Below are positions 50,521 through 64,000 of a DNA stretch of 64,000 nt, one piece after another. This DNA is from Macrostomum lignano. Its lineage: Eukaryota. The translations under genes were made by a program, and so were the position numbers. The stretch lies in contig NIVC01000031.1 of the NCBI GenBank assembly GCA_002269645.1, positions 930,001 to 994,000 on the forward strand, in the 5' to 3' direction. Under the pieces are notes generated by a model that was not told the origin of the DNA, did no database searches, and saw nothing but the letters and a program-made list of their open reading frames with translations. Numbering within the stretch: the first letter of the stretch is position 1; each line of letters opens with the position of its first letter.

Positions 50521-52279
50521 CCTTCATTCTTAACTTTTTCACTATTCTGAAAAAAATTATTGATTAAAGAAGATATTTTTCTGTATTGACTTTCCCTTCA
50601 CACTAAAAAGTCATCAGTAGTAGTGATGAAATCTTGTCCATTTATCAGCATTTTAAAAAATATAGTTAGCGTTGTATATCCTGCTTACAATTATAGTATA
50701 GAAAAATAAAAAAATTGTATATACGAGCTAGTGTGTAAAATGCTGTGTTATTTTTATAATATCGATGCAGTTAAAGTCGCATCCGGAAGCCTTATGTAAT
50801 ACAGTATTAGATAAATATCCATCTATCTAGAAATAACTTTGAAGGCATTCGCTTTGAGGCGGAGGGATAGATGATGGGTCACCCCCCTCTCGAGATGGGC
50901 AGGTAGAGGAAACTGAATCTCCATCTTGATCAGATTTGGGATTCCAAGGATACTACTGTCTGTCCGCCTGTCTGCCTATCCGTCGCCTCCCTCGCTTCTC
51001 CTTTATCTTTGCTTGGCTATCAATATTTTTCCACTAAAGCCACACGCAGTGTGTCTGCAATGCCCCATCTGATGACGGCTGGATGACTAATCTGCAGGTA
51101 GTGCTTTTTCTATCCTATACAGATCTCATTGATTCGATGACGAATATATAATCAATAGATGGTGTTATTTTGTTTTCCATATTTATCGGTACACTGCAAG
51201 ATGCGGCTTGATTATATTCATAAGTTTAATTAGATAGGTGAAAAATGTTTTAAAGTTTAAAAATAAGAGATTCGGGGGGGGGCATTCCGGTCCGCTGGCA
51301 CCTGAGCATCTCAACTTATCGTAGCAACCCACCGAATCTGTTCAGTTGCTCTAGCAGTCTGTCAGAGGTCGCGATGATGCATTATTTACAATAGATTCAT
51401 TTATAGAGAAAGAATAGAACAGATGCGTTCTCACATCCACATGGGTCCTGTCTGTCTGTCTGTCTCTCAGTCCCAGGTTGCTAATGAATGCCCATCACGA
51501 GATCCGCAACGTGCAGCCGCGTCTCGGGAGAGAAGGGAAGTCTTCCTCTTATAGCATGGCGAATCACAGTTAGTTATAGGCTGACCGTTACAGAGCGAGA
51601 GCCTCGCCCACATCCGGGGAAGCGGGCTGGACAGACTGCGTCAGGAATTTTTTTAGAGTGGGCAGGTCTCAATAATAATAATAATAGTAATAGTAATAAT
51701 AGTAAGCCACTGCATGCGACCTCATCATTAGAAGTGGAGTGAGCGCAATATTGGATCGTTGAACGGTGACTCGTCGGTCACATAAGCTGCTCTGCCAACC
51801 ACGCCCAAGCGAGGAGAGGGTCAACGAGAAATGAAGAGAGAGAGAAAAAAAACTTATGGGAGGCTTCAATCAGGGGTCCCGTCTCGCGACCTTACTTCCT
51901 TAACTCCTTGAACATAACGAATCCGCCCCCTCATGCCCTGAATTTGGGATCCTCGGCTGTCTTTTCTCATTCTCCGTCTGCCTCTCTCTTCCCTGCTCAA
52001 ATTCTTCGCGTCCAGTTGCCACTTGAGCGCCGGGCTCTCAGGGTCAGGCCTGAGAATCCACTTCAGCAGTGGAGAGTGTCGCATTTGGGTAGCGATATCG
52101 TCGCTGTGTGTTGATTTCCTGCCAAGCCAGTCCGATCATCAAATGAAACTTGCCGCCATTCCATAAAATCCCTAAAATCCCCAGCAAGCAGAGTGCAAAG
52201 CCGGGCCTTTTTTGTGATTCAGTTTGCACCACTTCTTCTTGCCTTGAGGACAGCGCGTCTATTGAATCTGATTCTGATC

Positions 52280-52790
<511 letters not shown>

Positions 52791-53460
52791 CAGTCTTTAT
52801 CTAGCCATTTAATTTCATTCTTTTCAACTAGATAAATGCTACATATTGGTTGATAAGAAGAGCGATATAAAATCACTTTGACTTCGTTGACAATATTCCA
52901 TATTCAGTCAACTCAATCAGCGAGCATCTTTCGGTTTTCCAACCAAGATTAGGTGTGCTGAAATAGACTGTTATTAATTTAACCAAGCCAAGTCGCAGTG
53001 ATACGCACTGTTGAAAGTGCACATATAATTATAGAGCCAGGCCTGTCAGCCATTAGTATAGCTGACATTGAGAATGGGGGAAGAAATGATAATTAGTTAA
53101 TTCATCACTGGGAGATTGCAATGCTGCATTCAACTGTATCGTTCTGTTTTGTATATGAGCTTGGTTAGCCAGTCTTTCTTACTGGGGTTAACTGAGGAGA
53201 GAGAATTGAGCCGTACATATTTGGCATAATTTATTAGCGATGTGAGAAAGAGTTTGATGATTAGGGAGTCAAAACAGTTGGTTGAGAAAAATTACAGGGA
53301 ATTATATTATATGACAGGTCAAATGAGTTTAGAATCAAGAGAAAATCGATAATTAGGTACAAAGGTCAAAATGTTATCACATGGTTTAATTAGCTGGATT
53401 AGTCGGGAAGTCTATTCGACCAATCCACCGATTAACTCAAGACGCTCATTCAGCAGAGAT

Positions 53461-53750
53461 GTAGCCTAGTGGTTAGAGCGTCGCACTTATGACTGAAGGT
53501 CAGGGGTTCGATTCCCGATCCCACTGGAACAATTTGTGTCCTTGAGCAAGACACATAACTCTGCATTGCTGCAGTTCACCCAGCTGTAAAATGGGTGCCA
53601 GCATTAGCTGGGGTAATTGAGGATGTGTGGCGACCCCCCCCCCCCAGTCCTTGGACTGAACAGCCGTACGCAGCCTTCAGATGCGCTGCGCAATAGCTGC
53701 GGCTGAGCTGTCGGTTGCACATCTGGCCATTAGGGCATGCATAAGCCAAT
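53461..53750 (+). mobile_element. tRNA-derived SINE, full length
   Basis: GTAGCCTAGTGGTTAGAGCG...GGTTCGATTCCC head followed by the conserved core and a 3' tail shared with other copies. Confidence 0.9.
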
Positions 53751-55649
53751 TAATTAATTAAGTAATTCAGTTCACAAACCAGTAGTTTCTATAGAAAAGT
53801 ACCCTGGTAGGTTTGTTGTGACCTTGATATTCTATATAATGCATGTGAACTGTATCAAGGCGACAATGTTCACAGGTAAATGACAGAAAATTATTTAAAC
53901 AAGCAACAGTTACATCATCTGCAGTTGGTAGATGAAAATTAATTTTAATTGCCTAAAAAATAAAATACAATAGAGACGATTGAGACGCGTAAGTTAATGA
54001 AGGGTAAGACTAAATGCATAGCCACTAGTTTGCTCATTCAAGACTCAACAAAGTGCTTCTACTGAAACTGCTTTGCCAAGAATAGCTACTCACTAACTAG
54101 TGAAACATATTTCTAAGAAAGCGCTTGTTAAGAGAGTTTTCTTGTTTTAAAAAGAAAAGAACTGCCTTCTCCTTTTGTTAGAGTCTTCTGCTTGTCAAAA
54201 ATAGTCATGCAACAAGTGGTAGCTAATTGGTAGTTATTCATGTACCACACAGTTCCATTGTCCACCCTAGTAGTCCGGCCTTGAGTTAAAGCACTATAGA
54301 GCACTTTTGCTGAATCGTTACTTGCACTGGCTTGCTAGGGTTAATAAAGTGCAGAAGTGGCTGATGCTGCTGAAGAGGCTGGTTAAACATGAGCAGAGTG
54401 AGAATGGAGTTGAGTTGAAGTGTCAGTCTGGACGATTTTTTTGTCAGCATCAGTCGTCGGAGTCAGACGTGATGTGATGGAACTAGCTAAAATTATCCTG
54501 GCACTTTAGCTTTCTCATAGCTGGCTGAAACATGCTTCCTAACTGCATTACGTGTGGCTTATAATAAGCATGGGCGGAGTCAATGCTGACTATGACTATA
54601 CACTTCTTTCTTTCTCCTTCCTCTTTTGCTAGCAAGTCTAACAGAGAAGCACAAGTCTCTCTTTTGTTGTGCTGCTTAGAGCAGGTAAAGAATTAGTAAA
54701 TGCACGTGTGAAGGGGGCGATGGGGTAGCCTAATGGGGTTGGCCAATGCAGTGTAGCAGTGCGGAAAACTGTATGTTGTCCGGGTGGGGGCTGGGGGAAA
54801 AGTGGGAAGAGACAGGGAAATTGGAGGGGTTGGCTGGCTTACATGTAGAGACGGAGTAAGCATAGAATGAGGGTGGGTAGGGCGAGAGGGCGATTGAGAC
54901 TTGAGGAGAGAATTATGAATCATATGAGCTTTGGTAAATTGGGCTAGGAAAAGTGTGTTTTTTGTTAAAAAAAAGCTTCAACCATGACGCATGCTTACTG
55001 TATATTGAACTCTGACTGGCTGGACATTGCAGTCAGTCACAAGCCAGTTTCAAGCGACCTTGTCGCCCTTTCTGTCCAAAAGACTCTATGTATGCGCTTA
55101 GCTCGTATGTGTCTCTAGCTACTGTAATGTGCGGGTTTTTGTAGAATGTTCAGCTCACTTTCCATTGCACGGGTCGATTTGAGCTGAGCGACACTATACT
55201 GCTGGCAAGCGCGTGTTTGTCTCAAAGCAATTCAACTTCCCAACACTTTTAGGCGAGAGAGTGGATTCCGACTAACTGTGTTATACAGTTGGCATGTACG
55301 CGTACAAATATGAAGAATTAGCCTAATCCAAATCCTGCAGCAGCTGTCACCGCTATGGAAAGTGATTGATTGCTTTTTGCCAATCAGACAGTGCTATAGA
55401 AATGCATTTTTTCTATTCTAATAATCTATAATTAATTTCGGTTTAAGCTTGTCCCTCGTGTCTGATCTAAAGCTGCTCAGCTGACATGTACACATGCGCT
55501 CTATATTCGTAGTTTTGGAACTGCACTGCTGGCTGTTTCACTTTGGCCGACAAAGTTGGTCAGTTGGTGATATAATCATACGAAGGTCCAAACCTTTATT
55601 TTATCATTTTCAGTTTCTTTTATTACAAAATTTGATTACACCTGACCTA

Positions 55650-55840
55650 ATAGGCAGATGTGCAACCGACAGCTCAGCCGCAGCTATTCAGTCCAAGGAC
55701 TGGGGGGGGGGGGTCGTCACACACATCCTCAATTACCCCAGCTAATGCTGGCACCCATTTTACAGCTGAATGAACTAAAGCAACGCAGAGTTAATTGTCT
55801 TGCTCAAGGACACAAATTGTTCCAGTGGGATCGGGAATCG
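55650..55840 (-). mobile_element. tRNA-derived SINE, partial
   Basis: Matches the tail and core of the other copies, with an internal deletion. Confidence 0.85.
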
Positions 55841-57042
55841 AAGCCCGATGTTATTATGGTAATCACACGAAGCTGTCTACAGCTTATCGACTTCGATTCA
55901 GGTTTGTCGACTTTGTTAGCGGAGTGAAATTGTACAAACTCGAAACCAGTGGTCAACTTTAATTCTCAGAGTCAGAACCCAGCCTTAAGTTAAGCAATTT
56001 ACACATGGCTTTCGGTTCTTGTCTCAACTTTGGGTCACGCAATTTGCGCCACAAGACCCTGGCTTAGGCTGGGGAGGAGAGAGTGGAGAGTTATGGCTAG
56101 AGAGTCGTAACGCTTCCATTTGTTGACCCCCTGGAATCGGGGTGTATGCATGCTTTCAGAAGAGTATTTCTCGACTCCAAGGTTGTCAATATCTCTCAAA
56201 ACTCGATTTGATGCACTGCATTCTACTAGTTACTAAGAATCTAAGAATACAGAGTACTTTTGCTTTTTCTGTGTTTCCACCAGGTTTAGTAGATGGCAGC
56301 GCGTTATCCACCAGAATCTTTATCCTAGTTATGATAAAGCCTCGATGATGGCGTGATTAAACCCTGGGAATCGAGATCTGATGATTCACCATCTAATTGT
56401 ATCATATCTTATTCAGCTTCAAATACTAACCGATGACTTGCACCGACCTGCACCCCTGTGTATTCGATCGGCCCAGACCCTAACCCCGAACTTGAATCGC
56501 GGTGGTGGCGTGATTCACGCGGTATTACGGTTCGCAGCAGTGAAGCCAGCTTCTTGCTTTTAGCCTGGCAATTATTAATCATTGTCGAGATTAAGGCAGG
56601 TAAGCCAGGTGCTACAAGCCGGCAAAGTTTTTGTCTTCATTCTCTCTATACGTGTGCGCCCGTTCAATGCCCCCCTCAGCACGGCACACCTTTTTTCTGT
56701 CTTGAAAAGGTGAAAGATAATTGAGGGCAGGGCAAGGATAGAAGAAGCGATACCCCCCGCGAATGCCTCTGAGGAACCGGCGTTTCCCAAAATTGCATTT
56801 CTGTTCCCCCCGACCGCTCCCTCCCTCCTGGCCACCCTCCCCAAGTCTCAACTTTCTCTATCTACACGTACAAGTCTCCCTAGGCGGTCGCTGGTTCCAA
56901 TGCATGCCGGCCTCCAAGACTGACGCGATTGGCTAAGAACGATACGCCCAGCTGTGTATAATATATCTGCCGGCCTCCGCTGCTCTTGTCCACAGTTGGA
57001 CGCAAAACTACAAGGCTACCGAACTAGACAATTATTGCGCGT

Positions 57043-57547
57043 ATGCCACTGCTTTACCGTCTGAGACGCTCTGCATCGTCGGACAGAGCTCAGCTGAGAT
57101 GTCCGACTCTGCCTCACCAGCAGCAACGGCAGCAGTCAGACGCTGCCGCTCAGCCTCAGAAACAGCCGTCGACGCAACCGCCGCCGCCGACAGCGCCGCC
57201 TTACTGGAACCCGACTGACCCGTCGAGTCAAGTTAGAACATTCGCCCACGCTCCCAAGCAGCATCCAGCAACCAATCAGCCAGTTTCCACTAGCGACGCT
57301 TCATCCTCTGCGGGTCTCAGACGCGGCGTGTCGCTCTCGTCGGGTATCAGCGCAATGGCCGCTTCGAATGTTGCCGGTTCGGCAGCAACTTTGCGACATC
57401 AGCATCAGCAACAGCAACAGAAACCGCCGTGTCCTCAGCTGGCAGCCAGTGCCGATCCTATCCGAGATCTGATCTCCGCTGTGCAGAGAAACGATCTCGC
57501 TGTAGTGCACCGATTGCTGAGTAGTTTATCCGGTACTCAGCAGAGAA
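57043..57547 (+). CDS. Probable first coding exon: Q/P-rich N-terminus running into an ankyrin-like helix
   Basis: ATG, coding-like composition, PIRDLISAVQRNDLAVVHRLL, then the donor A|GTGAGT. No downstream exon found in the window. Confidence 0.55.
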
Positions 57548-57684
57548 GTGAGTTATTATTCCATTTATTTTCGGGGGTTCTTTTCATTCTCAGTTTCGGA
57601 GGTTTGTTGTCGACAAGATTTTTCGGCTTTTAACTTGTTGTCCAAGCAGAACTCGATCACCCTCTGTTATTTCAATGCCTGTCA

Positions 57685-58770
57685 TCTCCCTGTCTGTTAG
57701 CTCAGTGTCTGTTATCTCCCTGTCTGTTAACTCAGTGTCTGTTATTTCCCTATCTGTTATCTCCCTGTCTGTTATTTCCCTGTCTGTTGTCTCACTGTCT
57801 GTTATTTCCCTGTCTGTTATCTCCCTGTCTGTTAACTCAGTGTCTGTTATCTCCGTGTCTGTTGTCTCCCTGTCTGTTAACTCAGTGTCTGTTATCTCCG
57901 TGTCTGTTGTCTCCCTGTCTGTTAACTCAGTGTCTGTTATCTCCGTGTCTGTTGTCTCCCTGTCTGTTAACTCAGTGTCTGTTATCTCCGTGTCTTTTAA
58001 CTCAGTGTCTGTTATCTCCGTGTCTTTTAACTCAGTGTCTGTTATTTCCCTGTCTGTTATCTCCCTGTCTGTTATTTCCCTGTCTGTTGTCTCACTGTCT
58101 GTTGTCTCACTGTCTGTTGTCTCCCTGTCTGTTATCTCAGTGTCTGTTGTCTCCCTGTCTGTTATTTCCCTGTCTGTTATCTCCCTGTCTGTTATCTCCC
58201 TGTCTGTTAACTCAGTGTCTGTTATCTCCGTGTCTGTTGTCTCCCTGTCTGTTAACTCAGTGTCTGTTATCTCCGTGTCTTTTAACTCAGTGTCTGTTAT
58301 TTCCCTATCTGTTATCTCCCTGTCTGTTATTTCCCTATCTGTTATCTCCCTGTCTGTTATTTCCCTGTCTGTTGTCTCACTGTCTGTTGTCTCACTGTCT
58401 GTTGTCTCCCTGTCTGTTATCTCAGTGTCTGTTGTCTCCCTGTCTGTTAACTCAGTGTCTGTTATTTCCCTATCTGTTATCTCTCTGTCTGTTATTTCCC
58501 TGTCTGTTATCTCCCTGTCTGTTATTTCCCTGTCTGTTGTCTCTCTGTCTGTTGTCTCACTGTCTGTTGTCTCCCTGTCTGTTATCTCAGTGTCTGTTGT
58601 CTCCCTGTCTGTTAACTCAGTGTCTGTTATCTCCCTGTCTGTTATTTCCCTATCTGTTATCTCCCTGTCTGTTATTTCCCTGTCTGTTGTCTCCCTGTCT
58701 GTTAACTCAGTGTCTGTTGTCTCACTGTCTGTTGTCTCCCTGTCTGTAAACTCCCTGTTATCCCACTGTC
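57685..58770. repeat. 15-bp degenerate minisatellite (CTGTCTGTTATCTCC)n
   Basis: Read directly. Confidence 0.95.
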
Positions 58771-58876
58771 TGTTATCCCACTGGCTGTTAACGCGTACTG
58801 TATTTTACATTTCTGCTGCTTACTGTTCACTATAATTATTCTCGTATATCCCAATCTTGCTGGTTCTCACTCTCCC

Positions 58877-58996
<120 letters not shown>

Positions 58997-59769
58997 CTCA
59001 TTCTCTGTGTCTCTCTGTCATCTCATCTGCCGCAGCTGTGCCAATTTACCATACAGCCAGTTTAGCAGCGCGACCCAGTGCATGGGCCATGGGCACGCAT
59101 GTTAGCTATTAGATATTTTAATTGCTATCAGCAAACACCAATTATAACAGGGTGGCAGCTGCTGATCATTAAAATATTTTATTGTACACCAGCGGGGGGT
59201 CAGCTGCGGCGGATGACTTAAAATATTGTGCAATAAACCCCACACACACAAGCAGAGAACCAAGTCTTGCAAGTCCAACAACAAAAGCAAGTCCAATCAA
59301 ATTTTTTTGACCAAGGACCGCTATGAATATTTACCATGGTTTAAAGACGTAACAGTCGCGTATTGGTATAGAGTTTGTACGCTGAGAAAAAAATTGAAAA
59401 ACTTCATATAATCGCCATAATAGCAGAAGGCAAGAGATCCATTTCGAGCTCGCTATAATGCACTTTTAAGCAACATTTGGTTGTTAAATAAATTTCTCAT
59501 GGGGTTCGACTGTTTACGGCCTTGGTGCGATTGCCATCTTTTAACGGTAGAGATTTTTGTGTTTCTACCGATGAAATATAAAGTTGGTCAGTCTCATCTA
59601 CTTAACTATTCCAGTAAATTTGATTTATTCTCTAATGTTGTCTTAATATAGAATATAGTAATGCATAGCGTTTAGCGTATCATTAGCATTTTGAAATTGT
59701 ACTTTTTATAACTGTGTAGGAAAAAATTATGAATTAGAGTTGAGAAATACAGAGAAGTGGATAATGCGA

Positions 59770-60990
59770 GAGAGAGGTAGAGTGGAGAAGGGGAGAGAAG
59801 TAGAGTGGTGAAGGCTAGATGTAGGTTGGAGAAGGAGAGGTGGAGTGTAGAAAGAGATAAAAGTAGAGTGGCGAAAAGGAAAAGTAGAGTGGTGAGGAGA
59901 GAGAAGTAGAAGTAGTAGAAGTAGAAAAGGAGAAGTAGAGTGACGAAGGAGAGAGAGAAGTAGAGTGGCGAAAAGGAGAAGTAGAGTGGTGATGAAGTAG
60001 ATGAAGTAGAGTGGTGAAGGAGAGAGAAATAGAGTGGCGAAAAGGAGAAGTAGAGTGGTGAAGGAGAGAGAGAAATAGAGTGGCGAAAAGGAGAAGTAGA
60101 GTGGCGAAAGGAAGAAGTAGAGTGGCGAAAGGAAGAAGTAGAGTGGCGAAAGGAAGAAGTAGAGTGGCGAAAGGAAGAAGTAGAGTGGCGAAAGGGAGAA
60201 GTAGAGTGGCGAAAGGAAGAAGTAGAGTGGCGAAAGGAAGAAGTAGAGTGGCGAAAGGAAGAAGTAGAGTGGCGAAAGGAAGAAGTAGAGTGGCGAAAGG
60301 AAGAAGTAGAGTGGCGAAAGGGAGAAGTAGAGTGGCGAAAGGAAGAAGTAGAGTGGCGAAAGGAAGAAGTAGAGTGGCGAAAGGAAGAAGTAGAGTGGCG
60401 AAAGGAAGAAGTAGAGTGGCGAAAGGAAGAAGTAGAGTGGCGAAAGGAAGAAGTAGAGTGGCGAAAGGAAGAAGTAGAGTGGCGAAAGGAAGAAGTAGAG
60501 TGGCGAAAGGAAGAAGTAGAGTGGCGAAAGGAAGAAGTAGAGTGGCGAAAGGGAGAAGTAGAGTGGCGAAAGGAAGAAGTAGAGTGGCGAAAGGAAGAAG
60601 TAGAGTGGCGAAAGGAAGAAGTAGAGTGGCGAAAGGGAGAAGTAGAGTGGCGAAAAGGAGAAGTAGAGTGGCGAAAGGAAGAAGTAGAGTGGCGAAAGGA
60701 AGAAGTAGAGTGGCAAAAGGAAGAAGTAGAGTGTCGAAAGGAAGAAGTAGAGTGGCGAAAGGAAGAAGTAGAGTGGCGAAAGGAAGAAGTAGAGTGGCGA
60801 AAGGAAGAAGTAGAGTGGCGAAAGGAAGAAGTAGAGTGGCGAAAGGAAGAAGTAGAGTGGCGAAAGGAAGAAGTAGAGTGGCGAAAGGAAGAAGTAGAGT
60901 GGCGAAAGGAAGAAGTAGAGTGGCGAAAGGAAGAAATAGAGTGGCGAAAGGAAGAAGTAGAGTGGAGAACGGGAGAGGTAGAGTGGGGAA
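59770..60990. repeat. 21-bp purine-rich minisatellite (AGTAGAGTGGCGAAAGGAAGA)n
   Basis: Read directly; degenerate at the 5' edge. Confidence 0.96.
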
Positions 60991-61734
60991 GTGAAGAATT
61001 AGAGTGAATAATGGTAGAGAATCAGTTATGTTTGAGTAGGAAAAGTAGTATAAAAAGTTGCGATAAACGATACAATTCCAACCAAAGGACGCATCAAAGT
61101 ATGCAGTTATTAATTATTAATAACCAAAAAGTAACCAGGAAAGCAAAAACTGACTGCGAGCCTAGCATGTATAAGCATAGATCATGAAGATAGAATGTGA
61201 AAAAATGTAACAGAGAAACTAAACATACAAACGGAAGACATCAACTGAGTTACGAGGCTCTGTGGTCAATACTGGATTTAGCCATGTTTTCAGACAGTCT
61301 CTGTCCTTGTGTGCTTTGAAAATTTCGGTCAGATATATTATCATGCTGGTAATATAAACTACCCGCAAATATTTGTTATGCAGCTGCAGAGGGCTTTTCA
61401 GAAAGGCGGTCCTGCCCTGAAGCTGTTACCGAAAATCAGACTTTAAATGGTGCATTGGAATGTGAAAAGTGCATTTTTAGTCGCTGCAATGCTTGAAATG
61501 GTTAAAAAAAAGGAAAATCGAGATTAAATGGCAAATTTTAGTGCAATAATAAAATATGTGCTTTAATCTCCTAGCAGATCGTGCTTGGAAACAGAAAATA
61601 TGACTCCATGCTTAACATTTATTTCAGCTTGGTTACTGGGAGGCCGCACCGAATCAACCTCTAGATTCCGATAGATCTGGTAAACGATATTTGGTCACTG
61701 GGGCTTTCAAAAAGTGCAGAGTTTACATTATCTC

Positions 61735-64000
61735 TAACATGGCATGAGAATCTTCTGTCTAACATGAGACTCCAGTGTCTAACATGAGACTCTTCTGTCT
61801 AACATGAGACTCTTCTGTCTAACATGAGACTCCAGTGTCTAACATGAGACTCTTCTGTCTAACATGAGACTCTTCTGTCTAACATGAGACTACAGTGTCT
61901 AACATGAGACTCTTCTGTCTAACATGAGACTACAGTGTCTAACATGAGACTCTTCTGTCTAACATGAGACTACAGTGTCTAACATGAAACTCTTCTGTCT
62001 AACATGAGACTCTTCTGTCTAACATGAGACTCTTCTGTCTAACATGAGACTACAGTGTCTAACATGAGACTCTTCTGTCTAACATGAGACTACAGTGTCT
62101 AACATGAGACTCTTCTGTCTAACATGAGACTCTTCTGTCTAACATGAGACTACAGTGTCTAACATGAGACTCTTCTGTCTAACATGAGACTACAGTGTCT
62201 AACATGAGACTCTTCTGTCTAACATGAGACTACAGTGTCTAACATGAAACTCTTCTGTCTAACATGAGACTCTTCTGTCTAACATGAGACTCTTCTGTCT
62301 AACATGAGACTACAGTGTCTAACATGAGACTCTTCTGTCTAACATGAGACTACAGTGTCTAACATGAGACTCTTCTGTCTAACATGAGACTACAGTGTCT
62401 AACATGAAACTCTTCTGTCTAACATGAGACTCTTCTGTCTAACATGAGACTCTTCTGTCTAACATGAGACTACAGTGTCTAACATGAGACTCTTCTGTCT
62501 AACATGAGACTACAGTGTCTAACATGAGACTCTTCTGTCTAACATGAGACTACAGTGTCTAACATGAAACTCTTCTGTCTAACATGAGACTCTTCTGTCT
62601 AACATGAGACTCTTCTGTCTAACATGAGACTACAGTGTCTAACATGAGACTCTTCTGTCTAACATGAGACTACAGTGTCTAACATGAGACTCTTCTGTCT
62701 AACATGAGACTACAGTGTCTAACATGAAACTCTTCTGTCTAACATGAGACTCTTCTGTCTAACATGAGACTCTTCTGTCTAACATGAGACTACAGTGTCT
62801 AACATGAGACTCTTCTGTCTAACATGAGACTACAGTGTCTAACATGAGACTCTTCTGTCTAACATGAGACTACAGTGTCTAACATGAGACTCTTCTGTCT
62901 AACATGAGACTACAGTGTCTAACATGAGACTCTTCTGTCTAACATGAGACTACAGTGTCTAACATGAGACTCTTCTGTCTAACATGAGACTACAGTGTCT
63001 AACATGAAACTCTTCTGTCTAACATGAGACTACAGTGTCTAACATGAGACTCCAGTGTCTAACATGAGACTCTTCTGTCTAACATGAGACTCTTCTGTCT
63101 AACATGAGACTCTTCTTTCTAACATGAGACTCTTCTGTCTAGCATGAGACTCTTCTGTCTAACATGAGACTCTTCTGTCTAGCATGAGACTCTTCTGTCT
63201 AACATGAGACTCTTCTGTCTAACATGAGACTACAGTGTCTAACATGAGACTCCAGTGTCTAGCATGAGACTACAGTGTCTAACATGAGACTCTTCTGTCT
63301 AACATGAGACTCTTCTGTCTAACATGAGACTCTTCTGTCTAACATGAGACTCCAGTGTCTAACATGAGACTCCAGTGTCTAACATGAGACTCCAGTGTCT
63401 AACATGAGACATCTTTGTCTAACATGAGACTCTTCTGTCTAACATGAGACTCCAGTGTCTAACATGAGACTCTTCTGTCTAACATGAGACTCCAGTGTCT
63501 AACATGAGACTCTTCTGTCTAACATGAGACTCCAGTGTCTAACATGAGACTCCAGTGTCTAACATGAGACTCTTCTGTCTAACATGAGACTCTTCTGTCT
63601 AACATGAGACTCTTCTGTCTAACATGAGACTCTTCTGTCTAACATGAGACTCTTCTGTCTAACATGAGACTCTTCTGTCTAACATGAGACTCTTCTGTCT
63701 AACATGAGACTCTTCTGTCTAACATGAGACTCCAGTGTCTAACATGAGACTCTTCTGTCTAACATGAGACTCTTCTGTCTAACATGAGACTCCAGTGTCT
63801 AACATGAGACTCCAGTGTCTAGCATGAGACTCTTCTGTCTAACATGAGACTCTTCTGTCTAACATGAGACTCTTCTGTCTAACATGAGACTCATCTGTCT
63901 AATATGAGACTACGTGTCTAACATGAGACTCCAGTGTCTAACATGAGACTCCAGTGTCTAACATGAGACTCCGGTGTCTAACATGAGACTACAGTGTCTA
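61735..64000. repeat. 20-bp satellite (TGTCTAACATGAGAC + TCTTC/TACAG/TCCAG)n running off the window end
   Basis: Read directly; more than 110 units. Confidence 0.98.

Noticed and set aside
53461-53530. tRNA-like sequence
   Set aside because: No complete cloverleaf; it continues into the SINE core, so it is a SINE head and not a tRNA gene.

Overview
Repeat-rich eukaryotic (metazoan) genomic DNA. GC-rich coding exons, short GT-AG introns, a tRNA-headed SINE family and the transposon mix suggest a flatworm such as Macrostomum; this is inference, not verified. Host genes: two paralogous secreted PAN/apple-like + ALK/LTK-type glycine-rich proteins (one frameshifted), an ankyrin-repeat exon plus STE-type kinase exons, a DEG/ENaC channel, PUS3, and a probable first exon of another gene. 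Mobile DNA: a full-length Ngaro-type tyrosine-recombinase (YR) retrotransposon, a young intact Ty3/gypsy element, an intact mariner, Crypton, MULE and gypsy relics, MITE/foldback elements and four SINEs, plus more than 12 tandem arrays. The strongest candidate for an undescribed system is a retrovirus-like expression strategy readable in the Ngaro element. An A AAA AAC slippery site with a strong pseudoknot would make Gag-Pol. A phase-compatible 2.35-kb intron would fuse the Gag SAP domain to the ATG-less tyrosine recombinase. Both are sequence predictions that need RNA evidence.
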